Positions 43,792 through 52,693 of a stretch of DNA of 64,000 nucleotides are shown here, piece by piece. Numbering within the stretch: the first letter of the stretch is position 1; each line of letters begins with the position of its first letter. Origin of the DNA: Gaiellaceae bacterium (GTDB taxonomy: Bacteria; Actinomycetota; Thermoleophilia; Gaiellales; Gaiellaceae); contig DASXWV010000101.1 in NCBI GenBank assembly GCA_036503495.1, positions 2,023 to 66,022 of the forward strand. Direction: 5' to 3'. Made by a program: the position numbers and the translations under genes. Below the pieces are notes generated by a model. It saw only the letters and a program-made list of their open reading frames with translations, had not been told where the DNA came from and made no database searches.

Positions 43792-45737
43792 TGACCGACA
43801 CCGTTTTCAAGCTCAACCGTGCGGGCGGGGTCGCGCTCGTCACGATCGACAACGGCGAGGACTACCGGAAGCCGACGACGCTCGGGCGCTCCGCGTTCGA
43901 GTCGGCCGTGCAGGTGCTCGACGAGCTCGAGAACGGCGACTGGGAGGCTGCCGTCTTCACGGGCAAGCCGTTCATGTTCTGCGTCGGCGCCGACATCGAC
44001 GAGCTCGGCGAGGTGGAGGACCCGCGCGAGGGGATCCGCGCCGGGCACGGACTGTTCGGCAGGATCCGCGCGCTGCCGTTCCCGACGGTCGCGGCGATCA
44101 ACGGTGCAGCGCTTGGCGGCGGCCTCGAGCTCGCGCTGCACTGCACGGCGCGGACGCTCGCGTCGAACGTGCGGCACATCGGCTTTCCCGAGGTCGCGCT
44201 GTCGATCGTCCCCGGCTGGGGCGGGACGCAGCTGCTGCCGAAGCTCGTCGGCCCGGAGACCGCGGCAAAGGTGATCGTGCTCAACCCGCTCCGTCAGAAC
44301 AAGCTGCTGAAGGCGGCGGAGGCGTTCGAGCTCGGCATCGTCGACGCGCTGCTCGATCCCGTGGAGTTCCTCGACGAATCGCTCGCGTTCGCGCGAACGC
44401 TCGCGCTGGAAGCTGCGGCGGCAAAGCCGCCGGAGCCCGGCGCAAAGGCCGCGGCTGCGCCTTCGGCGCAACCGCCGGCGCTCGAACGGAGCGACCCCGA
44501 CTGGTCGGACGTCGACACCGTGCTGCGCAAGGCGCGCTCACGCGTCGACGACGCCGTGCACGGCGCCACGCGCGCGCCGTACGTCGCGCTCGACCTGATC
44601 GCCGGCGCACAGCGCTGGTCCCTCGAGGAAGGCTACGCCGCCGAGGAGGAGGCGATGGCCGAGCTGATCGTGTCGCCGCAGGCGCAGGCGAGCGCGTATG
44701 CGTTCACGGTCGTCGAGCGCCGCTCGAAGAAGCCGCCCGCGCTCCCCGACGCGAAGCCGCGCCGCGTCCAGAAGGTCGGCATCGTCGGCGCGGGCCTGAT
44801 GGCGACGCAGATCGCGACGCAGTTCGTGAAGCGGCTCGAGGTGCCGGTCGTGCTGCGCGACATCGAGCAGTCGCGCATCGACGACGCGCTGCAGACGATC
44901 CGCGACGAGGTGGGCGAGCGCAAGCCGTTTCTCTCGACGCTCGTCGACGGCGGCACCGGCTGGGAGCAGTTTGCAGGCTGCGACATCGTTCTCGAAGCTG
45001 TGTTCGAGCAACTCGACGTGAAACGCGAGGTATTCACGGAGGTGCGCAAGGTGGCGCCGGACGCGATCCTGATGACGAACACGTCGTCGCTCTCGGTCGA
45101 GGAGATGGGCGCCGACGCCGGCCTCCACTTCTTCAATCCGGTCGCGGTGATGCCGCTCGTCGAGATCGTCAGGCATCCGGGAACGAGCGACGAGGTGCTC
45201 GCCACCGCATGGGACGTCGTGCTGAGACTCAAGAAGCGCGGCGTCATCGTCGGCGACTCGCCCGGCTTCGTCGTCAACCGCGTGCTGACGCGCGTCTCGC
45301 GCGTGCTGATGGACGCCGTCGAGAACGGCAACACGAGCGAGGAGACCGACGAGGCGATGCTCGGGCTCGGCATGCCGATGGCGCCGTCGGTCCTGCTGAT
45401 GATGGTCGGCCCTCGCGTCGCGCTGCACGTGCTCGAGACGATGCACGCCGCCTACCCCGACCGCTTCCCGCTCTCGCCCGCGCTGGAGCAGATCGCGAAC
45501 GGCGAGGAGCCGACACCGCTCGCCGACAACCGGCGGAGCGTCGAGGAGATCCGGCGCGCGGTGCTCGACGCCGCAGCGGACGAGATCGCGCACATGCTCG
45601 ATGAGGGCGTCGTCGACTCACCGGCCGACATCGACGCCTGCCTGATCCTCGGCGCCGGCTACCCGTTCTTCCTCGGCGGCATCACGAAGCACCTGGAGCA
45701 GGCCGGGATCGCCGCTTACGGCAAGATTCCGGCCTAG
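43791..45737 (+). CDS. fadB: Fatty-acid oxidation complex alpha subunit (enoyl-CoA hydratase / 3-hydroxyacyl-CoA dehydrogenase)
   Basis: TAATG overlap with fadA. Crotonase domain ('FCVGADI', 'GGGLELAL') followed by the 3HCDH domain ('VGIVGAGLMATQIA', 'NTSSLS', 'FFNPV'). Confidence 0.9.
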   Translation: MTDTVFKLNRAGGVALVTIDNGEDYRKPTTLGRSAFESAVQVLDELENGDWEAAVFTGKPFMFCVGADIDELGEVEDPREGIRAGHGLFGRIRALPFPTVAAINGAALGGGLELALHCTARTLASNVRHIGFPEVALSIVPGWGGTQLLPKLVGPETAAKVIVLNPLRQNKLLKAAEAFELGIVDALLDPVEFLDESLAFARTLALEAAAAKPPEPGAKAAAAPSAQPPALERSDPDWSDVDTVLRKARSRVDDAVHGATRAPYVALDLIAGAQRWSLEEGYAAEEEAMAELIVSPQAQASAYAFTVVERRSKKPPALPDAKPRRVQKVGIVGAGLMATQIATQFVKRLEVPVVLRDIEQSRIDDALQTIRDEVGERKPFLSTLVDGGTGWEQFAGCDIVLEAVFEQLDVKREVFTEVRKVAPDAILMTNTSSLSVEEMGADAGLHFFNPVAVMPLVEIVRHPGTSDEVLATAWDVVLRLKKRGVIVGDSPGFVVNRVLTRVSRVLMDAVENGNTSEETDEAMLGLGMPMAPSVLLMMVGPRVALHVLETMHAAYPDRFPLSPALEQIANGEEPTPLADNRRSVEEIRRAVLDAAADEIAHMLDEGVVDSPADIDACLILGAGYPFFLGGITKHLEQAGIAAYGKIPA

Positions 45738-46258
45738 TGGACGACTTCAGGATCCACGTCACGGTCGACGAGCCCGCCGCGCTCCTCCACCGGCTGGACG
45801 AGCTGCAGGACGCCGGCCCGGGGCGCTTCGCCGTCTCCCGCGACGGCGACGACATCTTCGTCTACACGTCGACCTATCCCGACGCGCAGCGGGCGCAGTC
45901 GATCATCGGCGGCGGCCACCGGATCGAGCGCTGGCTCGACGAGGAGGAGCGCTGGGACGACGAGCCGGCCGGCGAGACGTGGGAGCAGGAGGAGCTCGAT
46001 CGCGGCTACGCGCCGTGGGAGGTCCGCGTCGACTGCGGCTCGCGGCAGTCGGCAGGCGAGCTGGCGGAGCAGCTCGAGGCCGAGGGCTACCGGCCGCTGC
46101 GGCAGTGGAGCTACCTGATCGTCGGCACGTCCTCGCGTGAGGACGCCGAGGCGCTGGCGCACCGCCTGCACGGCGAGGTCGAGGCCGGCGGCGAGCTCGT
46201 CTGGGAGACGCGGCCGGGGAACCCGTTCGCGATCTTCGGCGGGATGGGCGGTTTCTGA
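45737..46258 (+). CDS. Hypothetical protein with an internal two-fold repeat
   Basis: 173-aa acidic protein with a GTG start overlapping the fadB stop. Two alpha/beta-like halves and a C-terminal 'GNPFAIFGGMGGF'. No recognisable family. Confidence 0.6.
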   Translation: MDDFRIHVTVDEPAALLHRLDELQDAGPGRFAVSRDGDDIFVYTSTYPDAQRAQSIIGGGHRIERWLDEEERWDDEPAGETWEQEELDRGYAPWEVRVDCGSRQSAGELAEQLEAEGYRPLRQWSYLIVGTSSREDAEALAHRLHGEVEAGGELVWETRPGNPFAIFGGMGGF

Positions 46259-46269
46259 GCAAGAGCCTG

Positions 46270-46297
46270 TTGACGCCCCCGCCGACCGGGGTATGCT
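46270..46297 (+). promoter_or_regulatory. Sigma70-like promoter (TTGACG, 16 nt spacer, TATGCT) upstream of the helicase
   Basis: The hexamers were read directly and lie about 85 nt upstream of the helicase ATG. Confidence 0.45.
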
Positions 46298-46380
46298 TCT
46301 CCCGAGCGCGACTCGCCGACACAGGGGATTCGTGAGCGCGCCACCTTTCGAAGGAATGCAGCACGGGTCGTGCTGCGCAC

Positions 46381-48933
46381 ATGCAAGAAGCCACCGAGCC
46401 GATCATCCTTCCCGATGCGGCGGACCCACTGGCCGCCGCCGCACTCCGCGCAGAAGCGTGGGCGGGCGAGCCGTTCCTCCGCGAGGGGGAAGAGGTCGCG
46501 GTCGTCCTCGGCCCCGGCACGGCGCGGCGCCGCGCGCTCGACGACGCGCTGTTCGAGATCGAGGCGGGACGGCGGTCGCCGAGCCCGCAGTGGAAGGTGC
46601 GCTACGGCCTGATGCTCGGGCTCGAGCGCGTGCTCGCCGAGCCGGAGCCGACGACGGCCGGCGGGACGACGCTGCGCCGCCACCAGGTCGACGCGCTCGC
46701 GGGGATGCTGACCGAGCTGATCGCGTCGGTGCAGCGCAGCGAGGAGAACGGGGGCACCTCGCTCGTCGAGGTGATCGAGGAGGAGGAGGACGAGGACGAT
46801 CTCGTCGACGAGACGACCGACGAGGATGCGCTGCCCGAGCCGCTGTCGCTCGAGGAGGATCCCGGCGCGGTCCGCCGCTACCGCTTCCGCCACCCGACGG
46901 CGTCGGGCAAGACGATCGCCGCGGCCGGGTTCGTCGAAGCGGCCCGGACGCTCGGCGTGCTCATCCTCACGCACCGGCGGCTGCTCGTCTCGCAGTTCGA
47001 CCGCGACCTGACGACCGAGGGCTACGGCGACCGGTTCACCGACGCGATCGAGACCGGCACGGAGCAGTTGCAGGAGAACCCGCTGACGATCCAAACATAC
47101 GCGTGGTTCGCGCGGCACGTCGGCTCGATGAGCCGCGACGCGTATCAGCTCGTCATCTGCGACGAGGCGCACACGGCGCTCGGCGAGAAGACGTCGGCGG
47201 CGATCCGCTCGATGCCGGAGCCGATCTACATCGGCATGACGGCGACGGAAGAGCTGATCGCCAAGCAGGTCAGCGACGTCTTCCCGGCGTCGGTCGACGA
47301 CCTGCCGCTGCAGGACGCGGCGCGCCGCGGGCTGATCGCACCGCTGCGCTGCCTACGCGTGCCGCCGGTCGCCGCGATCAACTCGGTGCCGATCGTCGGC
47401 GGCGACTTCGACCAGGAGATCCTTGCGAAGACGCTCGACCACCAGGCGCTCAACCAGGCGGCGGCGTCGCTCTACCGCGACCGGTTCGACAACACGCCGG
47501 GGATCGTCTATGCGGCCGGCGTCGACCACGCGTACAACCTCGCGCAGGAGTTCCGTGCGGCGGGGCTGAAGGCGGAGGCCGTCTCCGGTCGCACGCCGCC
47601 GGTCAAGCTCGCAGAGACGCTCGCCGCCTACGAGCGCGGTGAGATCAACGTATTGATCAACGCCCAGCTGCTCGCGGAGGGCTGGAACTCGCCGCGCGCG
47701 ACCGTCTGCATGCACCTCGCGCCGACGGCGTCCCGCCGTGTGTACCAGCAGCGGATCGGCCGGATCATGCGCCTGCATCCGCGCAAGGAAGCCGGGATCG
47801 TCGTCGACTTCGTCCCAAAGGGCGCGACGCACAACGAACGTGTCATCTCACTGCACTCGCTGCTCGACGCGGACTTCTATCGCGAGGGTGCACGAGTCAC
47901 GCCCGCACCGCGGCGCCGCTCACAGCGGCGCGCGCGGCGCCGGCTGACGCCCGCGCCGTGGCTCGTCCCGGTGACGCCGGACGTGCGCCGCCGCATCGCG
48001 GTCATCCAACGCGAGTGGCAGCGCGTCGATCCCCGCTTCCTCGACGACGACGAGCAGAAGTACTGGGCGACGATCGCCGGCCGGCAGATCCGGTTCGACG
48101 AGCGCGCGTCGTTCGTGCAGAAGCTGACCGAAGGACGGGCGTCGAAGGGCGCGCTCGAGACGTTCCTCTCGACGGCGGCGGCCGAGAACCCGAACCGCAG
48201 GCTGCGGATGATGGCGCTGCAGGACCGCGTCTCGATGCGCGTCGAGCGCGCCGACTTCGACGATCTGGTCACGCTCGTCACGCAGGCTCCGACGTGGGAG
48301 AAGGAGCGCCTGCACGGCATCCGCCTCCTCCTGCGGGCGATCGCCGAGGCCAAGCCCGACGCGCCGGAGCAGATCCTCGCGCGCTGGACGTGGCGGCTGG
48401 CGCGCGCGACGCGCAAGGTGCAAGACCGCCGCGCGTCGAGTGAATACCCCGAGGCGAAGCGACTGCTCGGCGCGCTCGCGAACTCGCGCGGCCACCGGCA
48501 CGAGGAGAACGCGGCGAAGCTCGTCAAGCTCGCGAAGGAGCAGGCGCTGCAGGTCGGCTCCGCGCTGCTCGCGTCGGCGGACGGCTACACGCCGCGCGCG
48601 ACGAAGCTGCTCGAGGAAGCGCGCGAGGAGCTCGGCGACATCCACGAGGTGGCGCTTGCACTGAGCGAGAATCTGCCGGCGCCGAAGCAGCAGGCGTCGC
48701 GCAACCGCAGGCGGCGCCGCCGGAAGAAGAAGGGCGCGGCGCCGGAGGCAGCGGTTGCGACCGAGGGTGGCGAGACGCTCGAGACGACGGACGGCGACGA
48801 GCCGGCGAAGCCGAAACGGCGGCGCCGGCGGAAGAAGCCGCCTACCGAAGGCGCGTCAGCCGAGGGCCCGTCCGCCGAAGGCGGTGCGGACGGCGGCAAC
48901 GACGCAGTCGACACTCCCGTCGCCGCCGACTGA
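46381..48933 (+). CDS. Superfamily-2 DEAD/DEAH (ResIII-type) helicase with a large C-terminal domain and a basic tail
   Basis: 850-aa ORF. Motif I 'HPTASGKT', II 'CDEAH', III 'MTAT', VI 'QQRIGRIMR'. The C-terminal 350 aa or so have no recognisable family. The tail reads 'RNRRRRRRKKKG...KPKRRRRRKKPP'. Confidence 0.85.
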   Translation: MQEATEPIILPDAADPLAAAALRAEAWAGEPFLREGEEVAVVLGPGTARRRALDDALFEIEAGRRSPSPQWKVRYGLMLGLERVLAEPEPTTAGGTTLRRHQVDALAGMLTELIASVQRSEENGGTSLVEVIEEEEDEDDLVDETTDEDALPEPLSLEEDPGAVRRYRFRHPTASGKTIAAAGFVEAARTLGVLILTHRRLLVSQFDRDLTTEGYGDRFTDAIETGTEQLQENPLTIQTYAWFARHVGSMSRDAYQLVICDEAHTALGEKTSAAIRSMPEPIYIGMTATEELIAKQVSDVFPASVDDLPLQDAARRGLIAPLRCLRVPPVAAINSVPIVGGDFDQEILAKTLDHQALNQAAASLYRDRFDNTPGIVYAAGVDHAYNLAQEFRAAGLKAEAVSGRTPPVKLAETLAAYERGEINVLINAQLLAEGWNSPRATVCMHLAPTASRRVYQQRIGRIMRLHPRKEAGIVVDFVPKGATHNERVISLHSLLDADFYREGARVTPAPRRRSQRRARRRLTPAPWLVPVTPDVRRRIAVIQREWQRVDPRFLDDDEQKYWATIAGRQIRFDERASFVQKLTEGRASKGALETFLSTAAAENPNRRLRMMALQDRVSMRVERADFDDLVTLVTQAPTWEKERLHGIRLLLRAIAEAKPDAPEQILARWTWRLARATRKVQDRRASSEYPEAKRLLGALANSRGHRHEENAAKLVKLAKEQALQVGSALLASADGYTPRATKLLEEAREELGDIHEVALALSENLPAPKQQASRNRRRRRRKKKGAAPEAAVATEGGETLETTDGDEPAKPKRRRRRKKPPTEGASAEGPSAEGGADGGNDAVDTPVAAD

Positions 48934-48943
48934 GTACTCGGTC

Positions 48944-49837
48944 CTAGGAGGCGGGCCCGTCGGGGCCGTCGTCGCGCTCTTCCTGCTCGTCGCGCTCGCG
49001 CAGGAAGCGCGTCAGCTCCGCCGCGAGCGAGTCGCCGGACGGGAGCTCCTCCTCCGCGCTCAGCAGGTCGACGCGCCGCTCGAGCTCCTCGACGTACGCG
49101 GCGGTGTCGGCGTCGGTCGAGACCGCTTCGCTCACCTGTTCGCTGTACTCGTCGGCCGCCGTCTCGAGCTCGTCGGTGTCGACGTCCATGTGCATCAGCT
49201 CGGCGAAGCGGTCGACGAGCGCGAGCGCGGCGCGAGGGCTGGGCGCGAGCGAGACGTAGTGCGGCACCGCCGCCCAGAGACTGAGCGCCGGGATCCCCGC
49301 TTCGCGTGCGGCGTCGAGGACCACGCCGACGATGCCGGTCGGGCCTTCGTAGCGCGACGGCTCGAGACCGAACTCCTCGACGAGCCGTGGATCGGTCGCG
49401 GCCGCGGTCACCGGCGACGGACGGGTGTGCGGGACATCGGCGAGCAGCGAGCCGAACGTGACGACGCGCTGGACGTCGAGCTGCTGCGCGAGATCGAGCA
49501 CGAGACCGGAAAACGTGCGCCAGCGAAGGTTGGGCTCGGTGCCGATGAGGATGACCGCGTCGCGGTCGGTGCCGGGGACCTCGCCGTGGAAGAAGCCGTT
49601 CTCCGGCCACTCGAGCTTCCGCGTCTCGCCGTCTTCGAGCGTCACCATCGGCCGCGTCACCTGGAAGTCGTAGAACTGCTCCGGGTCGATCTCTGCGAAG
49701 CGCTCCGCGTCCCACGCCTTCGCGAGATAGCCGGCGGCGAGCGAGGCTCCCTGGCCGCCGTCGTTCCAGCCGCGGAACGCCGCAACGAGCACCGGCTCGC
49801 GCAGCTCCGGCACGTACGAGACGTTCAGCTCGGACAT
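48944..49837 (-). CDS. PAC2-family (proteasome-assembly-chaperone-like) protein
   Basis: 297-aa ORF with 'LVAAF.GWNDGG.GAS', 'EGPTGIVGV' and an acidic C-terminus. Confidence 0.8.
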   Translation of the reverse strand: MSELNVSYVPELREPVLVAAFRGWNDGGQGASLAAGYLAKAWDAERFAEIDPEQFYDFQVTRPMVTLEDGETRKLEWPENGFFHGEVPGTDRDAVILIGTEPNLRWRTFSGLVLDLAQQLDVQRVVTFGSLLADVPHTRPSPVTAAATDPRLVEEFGLEPSRYEGPTGIVGVVLDAAREAGIPALSLWAAVPHYVSLAPSPRAALALVDRFAELMHMDVDTDELETAADEYSEQVSEAVSTDADTAAYVEELERRVDLLSAEEELPSGDSLAAELTRFLRERDEQEERDDGPDGPAS

Positions 49838-49846
49838 TTCGCGAGT

Positions 49847-50779
49847 CTAGTTGCGAAGCGGCCGCCAGACGCGGGCGACAAGGCCGACCGTCCACGCGAA
49901 GAGCGTCGCCGCGAGGGTCACGTGCAGGAGCACCACCCACCACGGGATCGTTCCGTAGAGCCTGTACTGGAACTCGCCGACGATCATCTGGCACGCGAGG
50001 ATGGCGACGAGGCCGATGCAGGCGCGGACGAGCCACCGCTGTCGCTCGCGATGCAGCCAGGCCCACGCCGCGAGCAGCAGGAAGCAGAGTCCGAACGCGG
50101 CCACCGCCTTCACGTGCAGTGCGACCGCCGACTCGAACGAGCCGAGCCGGCGCACGTGCCGGTCGCCGCTCGAGCCCGGGAACTTCCCGGCAGCCGTCGA
50201 CAGCGTCCCGGTGACGACGAGCACCGTCACCGCCGCGAGCAGCAGTCCGCTCGCGATGCGCGCACGTGACGGCAGCGCCGGCGCGGCGCCGCCCGTCGCG
50301 ACGACGACGCCGAGCCCGAGGACGAAGAGCGAGAGGAGCAGGTGCGCGATCACGAGGTACGGGTTGAGGCCGTAGTGGATCGTGATCGCGCCGAGCGGCG
50401 CCTGCGCGAGGGTGCCGGCGAAGACGATCCAGGAGAGCGCGAGCAGCCGGTGTGAGAGCGGACGGACGAGGCACGAGGCGAGCGCGAGCGCGAGCGTCGT
50501 GAACACGGTGAAGCCGGCGACCACGCGGTTGCCGAACTCGACGTCGGAGTGGAAGCCCTGCGCGGGAAGGAACTTGCCACGTGCACAGCCCGGCCAGTGC
50601 TCGCAGCCGAGGCCCGACCCGGTCAGCCGCACGGTCGCGCCGGTGGCGACGATGAGGACGAGCCAGCCGACGGCCCACCACGCAAGGCGCCGGAAGCCCG
50701 CCTCGGAGAGCTCGTATCGACGCGGAACGGCGTTCGCGGCCGTACTCACGCGAACCAGGCTAGCCGGGGCGCGCTGCAC
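49847..50779 (-). CDS. ctaA: COX15/CtaA-family heme A synthase
   Basis: 310-aa ORF with 8 TM helices, 'TGATVRLTGSGLGC..WPGC' and conserved His residues in the TM helices. Confidence 0.85.
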   Translation of the reverse strand: MQRAPASLVRVSTAANAVPRRYELSEAGFRRLAWWAVGWLVLIVATGATVRLTGSGLGCEHWPGCARGKFLPAQGFHSDVEFGNRVVAGFTVFTTLALALASCLVRPLSHRLLALSWIVFAGTLAQAPLGAITIHYGLNPYLVIAHLLLSLFVLGLGVVVATGGAAPALPSRARIASGLLLAAVTVLVVTGTLSTAAGKFPGSSGDRHVRRLGSFESAVALHVKAVAAFGLCFLLLAAWAWLHRERQRWLVRACIGLVAILACQMIVGEFQYRLYGTIPWWVVLLHVTLAATLFAWTVGLVARVWRPLRN

Positions 50780-50813
50780 GCGCCCTCTCTGCTAATCTGA
50801 CGTTCACGTAAGA

Positions 50814-52277
50814 ATGAGATTCCTTCGGACACGACGGCACAGCGAGCACTTCAAGTGGTGGGTGCTGACCTGCACCAGCCTCGGCATGCTGCTCGCGACC
50901 CTCAACTCGGGCACGCTGATCATCGCCTTGCCCGATCTCGAGCGCAGCCTGCACACGACGCTGCTGCAGCTCGTCTGGGTGATCCTCGTCTACATGATCG
51001 TCTCGACGGTTCTCGTGCTCACCGCGGGTCGGCTGTCCGACCTCTTCGGCCGGAAGCACGCCTACGTGATCGGCTTCGTCATCTTCGCCGCCGCGTCGCT
51101 CGGCGCAGGGTTTGCGGGCAGCGGCACGCAGCTCATCCTCTGGCGCGTCGTGCAGGGCATCGGCGGTGCGCTCCTGTTCGCGAATGCCGCAGCGCTCGTC
51201 ACCGACGCGTTCCCCAAGCACGAGCTCGGGCTCGCAATGGGGACGAACACGATGGTCGCCGCCGTCGGCCTCGTCATCGGCCCGGTGCTCGGCGGCGCAC
51301 TCGTCGCGATCCGTTGGCCGTGGGTCTTCTGGTTCAACGTCCCGCTCGCCCTCGTCGGCGCCCTCTGGGGGTGGCTCGTGCTGCACGAGATCTCGGGGCG
51401 GTCGAAGGAGCGCGGGCTCGACCTCGTCGGGACGGCGACGTACGTCATCGGCCTCACGGGGCTCGTGCTCGCGCTCTCGAAGGGCGGGCTGACGGGGTGG
51501 AGTAACAGCCTCGTCATCGGCGGCCTCATCGCGGCCGTCGTGCTGCTGCCGATGTTCGTCCTGATCGAGCGGCACGGGCGCGCACCGATGCTCGACCTCT
51601 CGCTCTTCTCGGACCGGTTGTTCAGCGCGGCGTCCGGCGCGGCGTTCATCAACGGCCTCTCCCGCTTCGCGCTGATGTTCCTGTTCGTCTTCTACTTCCA
51701 GGGACCCCAGGGACAGTCGCCGATCATGGCCGGCCTCGAGCTCGCGCCGATGGCGATCGGCATGCTCGTCGCCTCGCCGCTCGCCGGCATCTACGCCGAC
51801 CGGCGCGGCTCGCGCACGCTCGCCGCGCTCGGCATGGTCGTCTCCGCGGCGGGTCTCGCCGGGATGACGATGCTGCAGGCGCACACGTCGTATTTCTGGA
51901 GCGCCCTGTGGCTCTTGCTCGTCGGCATCGGCTCCGGCATGTTCAACAGCCCGAACACGGCGGCGATGATGGGCGCCGTTCCTGTACACCGGCGCGGCGT
52001 CGCGGCCGGCGCGCGCGTGATGCTGCAGAACACCGGTGCGGTGATCTCGATCGCGTTCGTGATGGCGATCGTCACCGCCGCCGTCCCGTCGCCGGTGCTG
52101 TTCAAGATCTTCTCCGGGATCACATCCGGCCTGTCGACGCAGCAGCTTGACCCGTTCATCTCGAACATGCACCTCGCGCTATGGGTGTTGACGGGCATCT
52201 CGCTCCTCGGCGCCGTGGTGTCGATGCTCCGTCCGTCGCACGTCCGCCACGACGTGCACGTGCTGGAGGCCGCGTGA
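50814..52277 (+). CDS. MFS transporter, DHA2 (EmrB/QacA, 14-TM) family
   Basis: 487-aa ORF with 'LDNGT/SGTLIIALP'-type TM1, 'GRLSDLFGRK' and 14 hydrophobic segments. Confidence 0.9.
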   Translation: MRFLRTRRHSEHFKWWVLTCTSLGMLLATLNSGTLIIALPDLERSLHTTLLQLVWVILVYMIVSTVLVLTAGRLSDLFGRKHAYVIGFVIFAAASLGAGFAGSGTQLILWRVVQGIGGALLFANAAALVTDAFPKHELGLAMGTNTMVAAVGLVIGPVLGGALVAIRWPWVFWFNVPLALVGALWGWLVLHEISGRSKERGLDLVGTATYVIGLTGLVLALSKGGLTGWSNSLVIGGLIAAVVLLPMFVLIERHGRAPMLDLSLFSDRLFSAASGAAFINGLSRFALMFLFVFYFQGPQGQSPIMAGLELAPMAIGMLVASPLAGIYADRRGSRTLAALGMVVSAAGLAGMTMLQAHTSYFWSALWLLLVGIGSGMFNSPNTAAMMGAVPVHRRGVAAGARVMLQNTGAVISIAFVMAIVTAAVPSPVLFKIFSGITSGLSTQQLDPFISNMHLALWVLTGISLLGAVVSMLRPSHVRHDVHVLEAA

Positions 52278-52693
52278 TCCGCATCGGCGAGGTCGCGGAG
52301 CGCGTCGGCATCACGCCGCGGACGATCCGCTACTACGAAGAGATCGGCCTGCTGCCGGGCGGCGGCCGCCAGAAGGGCGCGCACCGCCTCTACGACGACG
52401 CCGACGTCGAGCGTCTCGGTGAGCTGACGCGCCTGCGCGACCTGCTCAACCTCACGCTCGACGAGCTGAAGGAGCTCGTCGAGGCCGAGGAGGCACGCGC
52501 CGTGCTGCGCGCTCGGCTGCACGCAACCGAGTCAGACGAGGAGCGGGTCGAGATCATCGGCGCAGCGCTGCCGCACATCGACCGGCAGCTCGAGCTCGTC
52601 CGCCGCAAGAAGCAGGAGCTGGAGCGCCTCGAGAACGAGCTCGTCGAGAAGCGGAAGCGCGGCCTCAGGCGGCTGCGCGAGCTGTCACGCTGA
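52274..52693 (+). CDS. MerR-family transcriptional regulator
   Basis: GTGA overlap with the MFS gene. 'IGEVAERVGITPRTIRYYEEIGLL' followed by a coiled-coil C-terminus. Confidence 0.85.
   Translation: MIRIGEVAERVGITPRTIRYYEEIGLLPGGGRQKGAHRLYDDADVERLGELTRLRDLLNLTLDELKELVEAEEARAVLRARLHATESDEERVEIIGAALPHIDRQLELVRRKKQELERLENELVEKRKRGLRRLRELSR

Noticed and set aside
42600-45737. Very long track ORFs whose N-terminal halves precede real genes. Examples are 42600..45737, 59431..62628, 59314..62355, 3151..5379, 18925..20934, 18952..20970 and 36131..37852.
   Set aside because: Only the C-terminal parts carry family motifs and a normal composition. The N-terminal parts are Arg/Ala/Gly/Pro-rich read-through of the neighbouring gene's alternative frame. 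Internal starts were used, usually with 1-4-nt overlaps to the upstream gene.
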